Part shown: piece by piece, positions 38,477-51,341 of the stretch
Numbering within the stretch: the first letter of the stretch is position 1
How the letters are laid out: each line of letters begins with the position of its first letter
Assembly (NCBI RefSeq): GCF_006345805.1
Contig: NC_043011.1
Location: forward strand, 30,144,464 to 30,208,463
Direction: 5' to 3'
Source of the DNA: Octopus sinensis
Taxonomy: Eukaryota
Length of the DNA stretch: 64,000 bases
The notes under the pieces: generated by a model
Seen by the model: only the letters and a program-made list of their open reading frames with translations
The model's database searches: none
What the model was told of the DNA's origin: nothing
Position numbers and translations under genes: made by a program

Positions 38477-38862
38477 GTGGCTGTGTGGTAAGTAGCTTGC
38501 TTACGAACCACATGGCTCCGGGTTCAGTCCCACTGCGTGGCACCTTGGGCAAGTGTCTTCTACTATAGCCTCGGGCCGACCAAAGCCTTGTGAGTGGATT
38601 TGGTAGACGGAAACTGAAAGAAGCCCATCGTATATATGTATATATATATATATATATATGTATGTTTGTGTGTTGTGTTTATCCCCCCCAACATCGCTTG
38701 ACAACTGATGCTGGTGTGTTTACGTCCCTGTAACTTAGCGGTTCGGCAAAAGAGACCGATAGAATAAGTACTAGGCTTACAAAGAATAAGTCCTGGGGTC
38801 GATTTGCTCGACTAAAGGCGGTGCTCCAGCATGGCCACAGTCAAATGACTGAAACAAGTAAA
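38477..38862 (+). mobile_element. SINE family 1, young near-full-length copy
   Basis: CpG-retaining copy with head, ggcaccttgggcaagtg, internal (TA)n and tail. Confidence 0.92.
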
Positions 38863-39779
38863 TGACATGTTCAGAAGTGGTGCTTTACACCTTACAACAA
38901 ATATAAACATTAGTCATTGACAAATATCGATTCTTTGTTTCTTTTTCTTATCTAACCTCTTATTTATTTCTAGTTGACTTATAAATGCTGAACATGTTAA
39001 ATATGTTAACACTAATATGACTAGCACCAATCTGGCTCTGATGGGAATAAACGCTTCTGCTTACCCTGCTCTTATCAGAACTTTATTTCACTGCATCTTT
39101 GACACATGGCAAAATTCCAACTGATATATATTCTATCTGATAAAAATTCTCAGTTTTTCTATAAAGTTAAGTCTCAGAACTTAACGTGTACTTTTACTGA
39201 GAACACTCTCTTGAGAAAGAAGCTTGTTTGAAGAGGCAGTTATGCAAGGAGATTATATTTTCATTTGCTTAATTTCACGGTTTACCAAATTTGATATCTT
39301 AGCTGTAGATATATGTGCACACAACCAGCAACAACAACACATACACACAGTCACACACACAAACACATCATCATCATCATCATCATCATTTAACATACAT
39401 TTTCCATGTGGGTATAGGTTGATAGATTGGCAAGAACTGGCTGCACCAGGCGCCATAGTCTGTATTGAGTTGGTTTCTACAGCTGGATGGCCTTTCAAAT
39501 ACCAACCACTTTACAGAGCATACTAGATGCTTTTTACATGGCAGCAACACCCACACTGATGCTTATTATGTGGGAACTTGGTTTTAGGATCTCAATTTTG
39601 TTGTGATAGGCGGGTTTTCTTGACTACAGCAATGTGCCACATACCTTGGTCCTCTGTCATCTCCTTCATAAGGCTCAGTGTTATAAAGTTCAGTATATAT
39701 ATATATATATATATATATATACTTACATATCAGAGACCAAAGTGTATGTACACTGATATATATATATATATATATATAT

Positions 39780-39938
39780 AATACAAAATGGGACAAGAAT
39801 GCAAAACATCCAGACAGTTAGGTGATACATAAAAGGGACAACAAAACATCCAGATAAACGATACAAAGATGTTTTGTTGTTCCATTTTTGTATCACCTAA
39901 CAGTCTAGATGTTTTGCGTTCTTGTCCCATTTTGTATT
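39780..39938. repeat. Fold-back palindrome in (TA)n built from the end of the 8925-9100 family
   Basis: atacaaaatgggacaagaa.gcaaaacatc.agac.gttaggtgatac pairs with gtatcacctaac.gtctagatgttttgcgttcttgtcccattttgtat. Confidence 0.85.
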
Positions 39939-39950
39939 TTATATATATAT

Positions 39951-40330
39951 ATCATCATCATCATCATCATCATTTAACGTCCGCTTTCCATGCTGGTATG
40001 GGTTGGACGATTTGATTGAGGACTGGCGAACCAGATGGCTGCACCAGGCTCCAATATGATCTGGCAGAGTTTTGACAGCTGGATGCCCTTCCTAATGCCA
40101 ACCACTCCAAGAATGTAGTGGGTGCTTTTACCTGCCACCGGCATGAGGGCCAGTCGGGCAGTACTGGCAACGGCCACGCTCAAATGGTGTTTTTACATGC
40201 CACCTGCACAGGAGCCAGTACAGCGGCACTGGCAATGACCTCGCTCAAATGTTTTTCACGTGCCACTGGTGCAAGTACGAGTAAGGCGACGCTGGTAACG
40301 ACCACACTTGGATGGTGCTCTTGGCACTCC
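39951..40330 (-). mobile_element. SINE-like family 3 with internal GC-rich subrepeats
   Basis: (CAT)n tail, ggatgcccttcctaatgccaacc, repeated gccacc/tg..gccagt units. Confidence 0.8.
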
Positions 40331-40415
40331 ACTAGCATGGATACCAATCAACGAATTTGATTTTGATTTTGATTTCACTTGCCTATATATAAATATGTAT
40401 GTATGTATATATGTA

Positions 40416-40450
<35 letters not shown>

Positions 40451-40455
<5 letters not shown>

Positions 40456-40930
40456 TACTGAAAGAGACAGAAGATGGAAGATATGAGAATGGTTATTGAT
40501 CACTACAATTGTTTCGACCCATCTGGCATTGATCCCTCATGGGTGGGATACTGAACAGCAATTGTTGTTGTTGTATTTGTTTGTTTTTGCATCTGATATT
40601 TATTATTGATCTTCTATAATAACGAAGCTGTATCCCTTAACTTGCTGCTTTTGTATACACATACTGAGAAGAAATCTTGTGGAGCAGATGTTATTTTAAT
40701 GAGATACATTTGGTAATCACCTGAGGAGATGCATCTATACCAACGGATACTCCTAAACCAGTTGTTCAATATCCCACCCATAAGGGATCAATGCTAGATG
40801 GATTGAAACAATTGTAGTGACCAATAATCACTCTCGTATCTTCCATCTTCTCTCTCCCTCATTAATCAAGTATCCAACAAATACTCTGAAAGTAAATGTG
40901 TTTTGCCATTAAAATTCCAGGTGTATACCA
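40451..40930 (+). mobile_element. (TA)n-adjacent HHR element with ~110-bp inverted arms
   Basis: 40452-40564 is the imperfect reverse complement of 40758-40868. Confidence 0.8.
40710..40824 (+). ncRNA. Type I hammerhead ribozyme with long stem II insertion
   Basis: Stem I UUGG-uaa-UCAC / GUGA-CCAA; CUGAGGA (40721-40727); stem II GAUGCAUCU/AGAUGGAUU; GAAA (40805-40808); perfect palindrome ACAAUUGU; GUA (40814-40816). Confidence 0.75.
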
Positions 40931-40962
40931 TATGATTAATAATCTAATATACGCACACACAT

Positions 40963-41365
40963 GAGCTAGCAGAATCGTTAGCATGCTGGGCGAAATGCTT
41001 AGAAGTATTTCGTCTGTCTTTACGTTCTAAGTTAAAATTCCGCCGAGGTCGACTTTGTCTTTCATTCTTTCAGGGGTCGATAAATTAAGTAACAGTTGCA
41101 TACTGGGTCGTTCTAATAGACTAGCCCCCTGCCCCAAATTTTTGGGCCTTGTGCCTGGAGTAGAAAGGAATTTCGTCTGCTGTTACATTCTGAGTTCAAA
41201 TTCCGCTGAGGTCAACTTTGCTTTTCATCCTTTCGGGGTTGATTAAATAAGTACCAGTTTGCACTGGGGAGGGGAGGTGGAGGGGGTCGATGTAATCGAC
41301 TTGATCTCTTTGGCTGTCCTTTTTTGTCCCCTCTATGTTTAGCCCCCAGCAGGCAATACAGAAAT
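40963..41365 (+). mobile_element. SINE family 2, two tandem copies
   Basis: Two B-box plus Meta-like segments. Confidence 0.8.
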
Positions 41366-42519
41366 AAATACAAACACACACACACACATACACACACACA
41401 CACACACACATTACACACACATATCCACACATCATTCAAAATCTGTGAGAAACAGAAAATTAACAAGCAACTGCTCAAAACTTATAGCTTTCCTACACAA
41501 ATAATATTTTACATTTGTACCTATATTTAATGGAATACTTGTGTAGTTTCCTAAATGTCTAGATGGTAACATTAAAAAAATCAGCTGGTGGGGTTTAGGC
41601 AACAAAAATTACCAAGACCGATTATCATGTACTTCGCAAATACAATCTCTATACAGAAGAGTGAAAATATGCAAGGCTTTTACAAACTTTAGCATGTAAA
41701 CCTTTCCCATGGTTATTGTCTAAATTCTAGCAACCATGGAGCTTTGTTTCTTTATTATAAATCAGCTTCTTCTCTATAGGAGGAAGTCAAAGAATTAAAT
41801 GAAAGAAACTTAGCATACATGTATATTTCCATACATTCATCTGTGCAAACATACATATGACTATACAAGCATGTGTATTCAAACTTCCAAACATGTATCC
41901 AGATATGCACATCTCAATATATATATATATGATGATATATATGTATGTATATGTATACGTATATGCATATATATAATGATATATATGTTTGTATGGATCT
42001 ATGAATGCATATATGCATATATATATATATATATATGCATTCATATATCCATACAAACATAAATATATCTATTTAAACATACATACATAGAGGTGATAGA
42101 ATCATATATATATAGAGATTATTTTCATATTCATGCAAATAGAGTGTTCAATATGCAAAACATGTATATAAGATTTTAACTGTCAATTACTGAAGGAATT
42201 CAGCATATATCAGGGTGACACCAAAAGTAACAGGCTTACAGGATCAGCCCAAAAAATTACTGTGCTCTAGTAATAAGCACATACACCGGTTGTGAGGTTC
42301 AGATATTTAGCTCCCAGCTATGTGGTTTCAGGTTCAGTCCCACTGCATGTCATGTGGGGTAAGTGATTTCTACGATAGCACTAATCTATTATAGCTTTCT
42401 ACAAGGCTGATCAAAGCCTGTGAATAGATTTGGCACTCATGTTGTTCTCAATGAGAGAGTCTTATACACACACTCAATTACTCACACAGACACACACACA
42501 CACATACATATGTATACAG

Positions 42520-42661
42520 TGCAGGCATAACTGTGTGGTAAGAAGCTTGCCTACCAACCACATGATTCCGGGTTCAGTCCCACTGCATGGCACCTTGGGC
42601 AAGTGTCTTCTAAAATAGCCTCAGGCCAACCAAAGCCTTGCGAGTGGATTTGGTAGACAGT

Positions 42662-42694
<33 letters not shown>

Positions 42695-43110
42695 GTGTGT
42701 GTATATGTATGTATATGTGTGTGTATATGTATATATGTATGCGTTTGTATGTATGTATGCATGTTTGTATGTATGTAATGTATGTATGTATGTATGTAAA
42801 TGCGCATGTACATACATATGCACATATACACAGATGCATGTATGCACGTGCGAATGCATGCATTCATGTATGCATGTATGTATATCTATGTGTGTCTTTG
42901 TGTCTGAGTATGCTCCCCCCTGCCACCACTGCTTGACAACCAGTGTTGGTGCGTTTACATCCCTGTAACTTAACAGTTTGGCTAAAGACATCAATAGAAA
43001 AAAGTACGAGGCTTTAAAAAGAAATATAGGGGTCAATTCATATGACTAAAAATTCAAAGTAATGCCCCAGCATGGCAGCAGTCTAAGGATTGAAACAAGT
43101 AAAAGATAAA
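42520..43110 (+). mobile_element. SINE family 1 with expanded internal (TATG)n
   Basis: Head at 42520-42660, tail at 42900-43110. Confidence 0.8.
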
Positions 43111-43259
43111 CAGATAAAAAATAAAGATATATATTTATATACAGGGTGTGACTGGTAAACTGTTGCCATTTTATATTTTTAATTTTGCACATGCACATTG
43201 CTTGCTTTTGATTTTGTCAGCTACACAGTATAGTAGGGTCAGTTGAGCACCATCTGTGA

Positions 43260-43402
43260 GTAACTGGTACTTAATCTATGGACCCCGACAGGATGAAGGG
43301 CAAAATCAACCTTGGCGGAATTTGAACTCAAAACGTAAACAGAGATGAAATACCGTAAAGTATTTTGCCCAGCATGCTAAAGTTTCTGCCAGCTCGCCAC
43401 CT
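43260..43402 (-). mobile_element. SINE family 2, 5' part
   Basis: Reverse-complement head ..gtttctgccagctcgccacct. Confidence 0.8.
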
Positions 43403-43480
43403 CACTGGTTTAATATATTGTATTTTGCAGAGATATTTCTTCAATGAGTATATTATATAAAATATCATAAAATATCAAAT

Positions 43481-43937
43481 ATTATTATTAAGTTTTGAAA
43501 ACGGAGAGATCTAATGGATACAAATTAATTTATCAATTGTTTAACATCTTCACCTACAATTGTTTCGTTTTGCATCTGATTTAAACTACAAAACTGTTGT
43601 ATGGATAAGTAGGCTAATCCAATATGTATAAATAGTGGATGTGATAACTAGACAAGAAGCGTTGAGTAGAGCAAGCTGGAGCCGTTGGTGGACTAGACGT
43701 TGAGCTCTGTTGAGTCGAGTCGTCGGAAGTGAGAGTTTGGTAGTTGAGTAGAGGTACGTCATCGGCAAAGGTACGCCATCCGAACGTACGATATAACAAA
43801 AACATATATAAATATATAATCTTGCAAGATTGCATATTAATATATGCTTTGTATAATAAATTGGATGAGAAATGAAACAACTGTAGGTGAAGATGTTAAT
43901 CGATTAATAAATTAATTTGTATCCATTAAATCTCTCC
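43481..43937. mobile_element. TA-flanked element with ~90-bp inverted arms, each carrying an HHR 3' half
   Basis: Arms 43483-43585 and 43856-43937 both read GAAA CAA(T/C)TG TA ggtgaag outward; CpG-rich centre. Confidence 0.75.
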
Positions 43938-44179
43938 ATTTTCAAACTTAATAATATATATATATATACATGTGCGTGTATGTGTGTGTGTGTGAGTGTC
44001 TTTGGGTCTGAGTTTGTCTGTGTTAGCAGTTCAGGGAAAGAGACTGATAGAGTAAGTACTAGGCTTAAGAAATAAGTCATGGTATCAATTTGTTGGACTA
44101 GAACACTTTAAGGGGGTGCTCCAGCATGGCTGCAGTCAAATGACTGAAACAAGTAAAAAAAAATATATACATACATACA

Positions 44180-44256
<77 letters not shown>

Positions 44257-45025
44257 CAGAATGTACATCACATCTACACACTTGTATATTTACACACATA
44301 GAAAAATAACATACAGTTTGCCGCATTGGCAAGAGCTTTCAGAAATCACTAATGCTATATACACTAAGTGATTAGTAAGCTGGATATTTTCACCACTTCA
44401 CATAAATCTTGTTTGACGACTTCGCCCAAATGCTTCTTATTCCTTATGTTCCTACTACTAAATGTGTCTGCATATATACACCTGTGTGTGTGTGTGTGTG
44501 CAACTGTATGTGCAGGAGTTTGTGTTTGTGTATCTGTGAATGGTGTGTTTAAAGGTTTATTGATTTGGTTGGAAGAATACCTTTTGTTGTTAAACAGTGG
44601 AATGGGTATTAGTGTCTGATGGCTTTGTTATATATTCGAGAGTGTTTGGATGCATGGGGCAGGTGGGTGGAGTGCGGGTGGCTGCATGTACGTTTTGATT
44701 ATTATTGTTGAAGCAATTGTTTATTTTATGGATGGCTGCCCCTGCCCTTATTATTATTTAATCAATCAGCCGTAAATTAGGTATAGAAACTGCAATAAGC
44801 CATGAATGGAGTTGTGTGAGGAAGTAACCTGCCATATTCAGATGCACAACTTAATGGCTGTAAATACAAATTGAACCCAAGACCCACTCAGTCTGGAGCA
44901 ATATGTTAAGCAACAAAACATTTTATTTTATTCTGTTGTGTCTGGGGAGAGTCATTTCTTTTTTGTGCCTTATAATTTAACACACTCACGGGTAAAATTT
45001 TCACTTATTCCTTATTCTTATTTTC

Positions 45026-45062
45026 CTAAAATTTTCGTTGCTTCTTGCAACCTTTTCAGTAG
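45026..45062 (-). ncRNA. Minimal hammerhead-like motif with G8A
   Basis: Minus strand: CUA CUGAAAA G GUUGC aagaa GCAAC GAAA AU UU UAG. Confidence 0.45.
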
Positions 45063-45209
45063 TCTTGACTCTCTTGCAAACCAAATCCAAAAATGAAATA
45101 TTTTATTTTATATTTCTATAGTTCAGTCAGAGGGAGAGTAAGAGCTTTGATTCCTTCTCCCTGATAGTTTTAGGGGCCTCAGCAACCAGTACAAGGGAAG
45201 AAAGAAAAA

Positions 45210-45559
45210 AAGCACCATTTGAGCGTGATCGTTACCAGCATCGCCTTACTGGCACTTGTGCCAGTGGCACATGAACAAAACATTCAAGCGAGGTCATTGC
45301 CAGTGCCACTGGACTGACTCCTGTGCAGGTGGCACATAAAAAACACCATTTGAGTGTGGCTGTTGCCAGTACCGCCAGAATGGCCCTCATGCCGGTGGTA
45401 CGTGAAAGCACCCACTACACTCTCAGGGTGGTTGGCATTGGGAAGGGCATCCAGCTGTAGAAACTCTGCCAGATCAGAGTGGAGCCTGGTATGGCCATCT
45501 GGATCACCAGAGCTCAGTCAAATCGTCCAACGCATGCTAGCATGGCAAGCGGACATTAA

Positions 45560-45590
<31 letters not shown>
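45210..45590 (+). mobile_element. SINE-like family 3
   Basis: GC-rich subrepeats, tggttggcattgggaagggcatccagc, (GAT)n tail. Confidence 0.8.
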
Positions 45591-45592
<2 letters not shown>

Positions 45593-46297
45593 CAAAGACT
45601 ATTTCTTCAAATGCTGGTTACAGAATGAATTCTGCTAAAAGCAAAGAAAGGTCACAAGATGGAATTAAATCAGATAATGGATTATAATGGATTAAGATAA
45701 TGAATTAAGGATACAACCACTGAGGCTTCAGCTATGGTTCTTCCTATCAATACTGAATCCATGGCTTAAAGAGATCTCAGATACTCAACAGGTGACACGA
45801 CCTGTTTGCTTTATCTCTATTTTTTGCCAAACCTCAAGATATCAAGCAAACCTGTAGGATATTTGAATCCAGTTACATTATCATATTATCTTTCAATATA
45901 CAGTTAACCTGTTGGCACCAGTATCCTCCCTAGTTACAGGTGTCTCTTGACTTGTCTGTAAGAAGTTTGGCCACTCCTTGATTCCTTCCTCTCACTTCTT
46001 ACCCAGTAAACAAGCTGGAGAGAACCAGTTTAATCTTTAGCCATACTGCAGATGTGACAGATTTCATTGGTTTATATAGAAGAACCTTAACCTGAATATA
46101 CTTTATACATAAATGTGTGTGAGTGTGTATGTATTTATGTATGTATGTATATATATAGATATATACATATATATACATGTATTATGTATGTATGTATGTA
46201 TGTATGTATGTATGTATGTGTGTGTGTGTATGTATGTGTGTGTGCATGTATGTATGTATGTATGTATAAGAGTGTTAGAAGTGGTCTACAGATATTG

Positions 46298-46489
46298 AAT
46301 ATTGAGAAAAGAGGAGGTCGCCAGAATTATGGGAAAAGAATTTTTTTATTTAGTCATTATCATTAATGCTTGCATTCCTTTTTCAAACTTGACATGTTCA
46401 GAAAAGAAATGAAAGCGCTATAATAATAATGACTAGATAAAGTAATTCTTTTTCCAAAATTCTAGTGACCTCCTCTTTTCTCAATATAT
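46298..46489. repeat. Fold-back element beside (TA)n with an HHR-like 3' half
   Basis: atattgagaaaagaggaggtc..agaatt / aattct..gacctcctcttttctcaatat; GAAA GCGC TA at 46411-46420. Confidence 0.75.
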
Positions 46490-46493
46490 ATAT

Positions 46494-46521
<28 letters not shown>

Positions 46522-46524
<3 letters not shown>

Positions 46525-46685
46525 CAGGGTACTAGATGGTAAATGTTTTTCATTTCCAAATTTATTCCTGTCGAATTTTATCCGTTATTTTTGTGGTTTA
46601 CAGAACCTAGCTGTTCTTTCTAATGTGTTGAATTCATGTTAAGTGGATTCCTTATGTGTATAAATATAGACTATATCGTATGAAG

Positions 46686-46717
<32 letters not shown>

Positions 46718-47478
46718 TAATGTACTGTTCCATGATGGTAAGATCAACAAAAAAGTACTCCATCTGGTGAGAGATAAATATTATTTAATAGACACAGTAC
46801 ATGTTTTTTTATTAGCTACTAATAGTTTCTTATGTTGAGAAATAGCTTGAACACATTCATCAGGTACAAACCACATATCATAACGAACTAAAAACTGAAT
46901 GAGAGAAGAAACGCGAAAAGTTGAGAAGAAAGCATAACAAAAATCTAGAAGGTTCGAAAAACAGAAAACAGAAAATGCAAAAGTAAAAATAGTATATATA
47001 TATATATATATACCAGGGTACTAGATGGTAAATGTTTTTCATTTCCAAATTTATTCTGTCGAATTTTATCCGTTATTTTTGTGGTTTACAGAACCTAGCT
47101 GTTCTTTCTAATGTGTTGAATTCATGTTAAGTGGATTCCTTATGTGTATAAATATAGACTATATCGTATGAAGTATATATATATATATATATACACACAC
47201 ACATAATGTACTGTTCCATGATGGTAAGATCAACAAAAAAGTACTCCATCTGGTGAGAGATAAATATTATTTAATAGACACAGTACATGTTTTTTTATTA
47301 GCTACTAATAGTTTCTTATGTTGAGAAATAGCTTGAACACATTCATCAGGTACAAACCACATATCATAACGAACTAAAAACTGAATGAGAGAAGAAACGC
47401 GAAAAGTTGAGAAGAAAGCATAACAAAAATCTAGAAGGTTCGAAAAACAGAAAACAGAAAATGCAAAAGTAAAAATAG

Positions 47479-47480
<2 letters not shown>
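46522..47480. repeat. Tandem duplication (~487-bp unit) bounded by (TA)n; each unit has a degenerate minus-strand HHR
   Basis: Units start at 46522 and 47011. Minus strand: C CUGAUGA AUGU..ACAU AA GAAA CUAUUAG UA G (cores 46857-46863 and 47343-47349); stem I is weak. Confidence 0.8.
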
Positions 47481-47510
<30 letters not shown>

Positions 47511-48211
47511 CATCATCCAGTATATCCTTTCTTTTTAAGACAGTAGGATGTGATATGAGGGTGTTTAGAGCAGTTTATAGCAGGTTAAGAGACTTCATAT
47601 TAGTGCCTTTATTGGGTTGATAGCATTGTTGCTATGGCAACTGTTGTTTAATTGCAGGTGAACACTGATCAAGTAGATCTATCTTTGGTGCATACATGAA
47701 AAAAATAAAGACACTATAGTCATCACTCGTGTGTGTAGCTTGGTAATCGTTTTAGGTACCTATGTATTTGCAAGCACACCTAGGCATACGCTTTATTCTT
47801 CCTCCTTTGACCAAGCAGAACAGTGAAGATGTCACAGCTGGAGAGAGATATGGCTGTAACAGCACTAAGCCGGTACACATTTTCAGCTATGTAGACTGGA
47901 GCAATATAAAATGCTAATCACTAGGCCACAGACCTGTGCGGCACATCAGTGGACAGCCAAATAATGGACTAAGACTTTGATGACCTGTCTAACCCATGCC
48001 AGCATGGGAAACGAATGTAAAAACAATCATGAAGATGGTACTGATGGTCATGATGGTGGCGATGATGATGACGACGACGGTGACGATGAGGATTCTGAGA
48101 TATAGAGGGGTTAACCAAAAGCCTTGTGAGGGAATTTCACAGATGGAAACGGAAAAGATAGCAGCCCATCATGTATGTGTTTGTTCATGGGCGTGTGCAT
48201 GTATATACATA

Positions 48212-48268
<57 letters not shown>

Positions 48269-48802
48269 AAAAACAATAACTACTTCCAGCAATCTTCACA
48301 CTTAAATCAAACATCTAAAGTCATCTGTGTGGAAAAATTTGTGAAAATCTTTTGCTGGACAAACATGTCATTTCCAGTCACATAGCATTTAGACTATCTC
48401 TAACCATCTTCTTGCAATTTTAAACTAGAATTTTATCAACTCCATACTACTTACAAATTTGAAGTGTTGTTAGTCTTTAAATGATTTGGTGCCTATGAGC
48501 ATGTACTTTGTCAGTGTTGAGAATGTTGTACTCGATTAATAAATTGACAAACATCTTGTATATGTAAATACATGTGTGTGAGTACAGAGAGACAGACAGA
48601 GACAATAATTCAAATAAACAGATAAAGACCTGGGTTGAAATGTACAAAATATATATATATATATATATATATGTGTACATCTATACATGTAAAAAGAGAA
48701 TTCAGACTTAAAATTTTCAGCTGTCATATATATATTTTTTAATAGAGCAAATTTACTCAGAATACATAGACTCAAAGAATAGAGGGGACAAAGTGTTGCA
48801 AG

Positions 48803-48932
48803 TCCAACAGCTGTTTCTGAGGGCTCAGACTTATTACATAATGTTGGTAGATGTAGTTCATCAAAAATTTGCAGCCAGTGATGGAAGTGAGCAAACATTG
48901 GTAAAATCCTGAGCCTGCATCAGCAGGGTGGA
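48803..48932 (-). ncRNA. Decayed hammerhead-like motif in a (TA)n-flanked island (48698-48988)
   Basis: Minus strand: CUGAUGC A GGCUCAGG..UCUGAGCC cuca GAAA CAGCUG UU. 8-bp stem II and palindromic stem III, but A9C and a poor stem I. Confidence 0.45.
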
Positions 48933-50219
48933 TAAATAAGAGTCTAAAGTATCAGATCATCATACAAGGAAATTTAAAGGTTGAATATATATATATATAT
49001 ATATGCATGTCTGTATGTGGATATGTGTGTATGTGTGTGTGAGTTTCAGTCACCTTGTCTCAATATCACACACCAATTGCAAACCATATTTTTCCATCAC
49101 TGAAGTAATATACGATTTACAATCTGCCCTAAAAATATGTCCTGACTAAGGGAAACTATTTACCTTACCTGGAATCAAGTAAGGGTTGGTAGCAGGAAAG
49201 GCATCCAGCCATAAAAAAATCTGCTTCACTGAACACCAACATGTTCATTTATTAAAAGCATTATATGATCAACGTTGTTCATATAATTTGTTGATCACTG
49301 ATTTTGTTGATTTAGGGTTTTTTCCCCCCTTTCTTACAAATGGGTTTATTTTGCTAGAGCACCATAATACATTGTCAAATATAAAATTTGCAGGAATTTG
49401 ATAGCAATGATAATAGGGTATTAACTATTGAAAAAGTTTCTTTATTCAGATTATGAAAGCTCTCTAGGGATTATCTTTGCAGTAAGCAATTTCTGAAACC
49501 TATTTTGTCCGGGATAAAACCTTAAATACACAAAAAAAAAAAAAAAAAAATAATGATAATAATTATAAGCAGTTGTTTAGGTAAAGGTAGATTTTTTTCT
49601 CCATATAAAGTGCAGTGTGTCCCTTAAGTTGTTCTTTTGTGAGTGTGTTTATGTGTGTATGCTAGAAGTAGTAAGAGAGAAGGGGAGAAATAGATAGTGA
49701 TGTATTTTACATCAGAGAGGTAGGAAAGCTGGAAGGAAAGACAGAGGGATGTATTAAGAAAGAGAAACTGAGGTGAGACTTGGATATTGAGAAGCATGAA
49801 AGGAGAATGAATGACAGATAAATTAGAGTAATGAGAAGGAAGCAGAGAAATATATATTCATGCATTGAGAAGAGGAGCGAAGAGACTGAAATGTTGAGAA
49901 AGAAAGAGAGGAGAGAGATGTGGTGTGAAAGAGAGAGTTGTGGTGAGAGAGAGAGAGATTTGGTGAGAGAGAGCGAGAGAGATGTGATGAGAGAGAGAGG
50001 AAAGCTAGGATAGATAGAGTGGTGTATTCAGAGAGGGAAAGGGAAAAGAAAACCAGATTGACGTAGAGAGGAAGAGGGGGAGGGAAAGGTGGATGGAAAA
50101 ATAAACTAATATAGACAGAGGGAGGGGAGAGAGAGAGAGAGATAGAGAGCAAAGAACTTGAGGTATTGGAAAAAGAGGAGGTGAAGGGAATAAAGAAGAG
50201 ATTGAGAGAAGAGAAATTG

Positions 50220-50770
50220 ATATCATCATCATTTAACATCCGCTTTCCATGCTGGCATGAGTTGGATAGTTTGACTGAAAACTGGTAAGCCTGTGGGCTG
50301 CACCAGGTTCCAATCTGAATTTGGCAAGGTTTCTATGGCTGGATGCCCTTCCTAATGCCAACCACTCTGAGAATGTAGTGGGTGTTTTTTATGTGCCATT
50401 GGCATGGGTGCCAATGACCTGACACTAGTGGTGGTCATAACTACGGTCTCTCTTCGTTTGACAGGTCTACTCAAGCATGGCATATCGTCAAAGGTCTTGA
50501 TCACCTGTCACTGCCTCCATGAGGTTCAATGCCTAAACGGTGCCTTTTACGTACCACCAGCACAAGTGCCAGTCAGACAGCACTGACATTGGCCACAACT
50601 GTAATTTCACTCGGTTCGACAGGTCTTCACAAGCACATCATATTGCCCAATGACTGAAAGGTGCTTTCAACAGGCCAGTTACACAACACTGGCATCATCC
50701 ACAACTACAATTTCACTTGGTTTGATGTTACTGCCTTCATGAGGCCCAACGCTTGGACAGTGCTTTTTAT
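50220..50770 (-). mobile_element. SINE-like family 3, long form
   Basis: (CAT)n tail, ggatgcccttcctaatgccaacc and internal subrepeats. Confidence 0.75.
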
Positions 50771-51104
50771 GTGGATATCGGTTAATGAACTTTACCTATG
50801 TTATTATATTTTTAAATTAAAACAAAAGGGTGTGAACTGAGATAGAGTTTGTTAGAAATTCTCATTGGTTGATTGACAGCATGTTAGCACAATCACTTAT
50901 TCTTGTTATTCTTTAAAGCATTTGAGTTTTTCTTCTTTATTCATTTGTTTGTATTTGTACTAGAGTGGACATTTGTTTAAAGCTACTGTACTGGAACGAA
51001 AGCTGATAAAATTTTGTTTGACCAAAGACTTGCTAAACAATATTCAGTTTGCTATTATGAAATAGAAAATACTGCAATATATGAGTATATACTTGTTTCT
51101 ATTT

Positions 51105-51307
51105 ATTGGTAGCACAGCAGTGTGAGGTCATCCATAGTTAGGTGTTATTATTGTTATTCATTTTGACCAGTACAGTGATGTCGTCTATTGAGAGGTGTAT
51201 GACAGTTATTGTTGCTGTCCAGCACAGTGTGGTCATCTATATATAGGTGTAATGATGTTGTCACTATTGTTTAAAACAGTGAGGTCTTCTATAAATAGAT
51301 ACAAGAA

Positions 51308-51341
<34 letters not shown>

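Noticed and set aside
38815-38862. SINE family 1 tail AGUCA-AA-UGACU GAAA CAAG UA resembles an HHR 3' half
   Set aside because: No CUGANGA-like core or stem I upstream in any copy; better explained as the usual LINE-recognition stem-loop.
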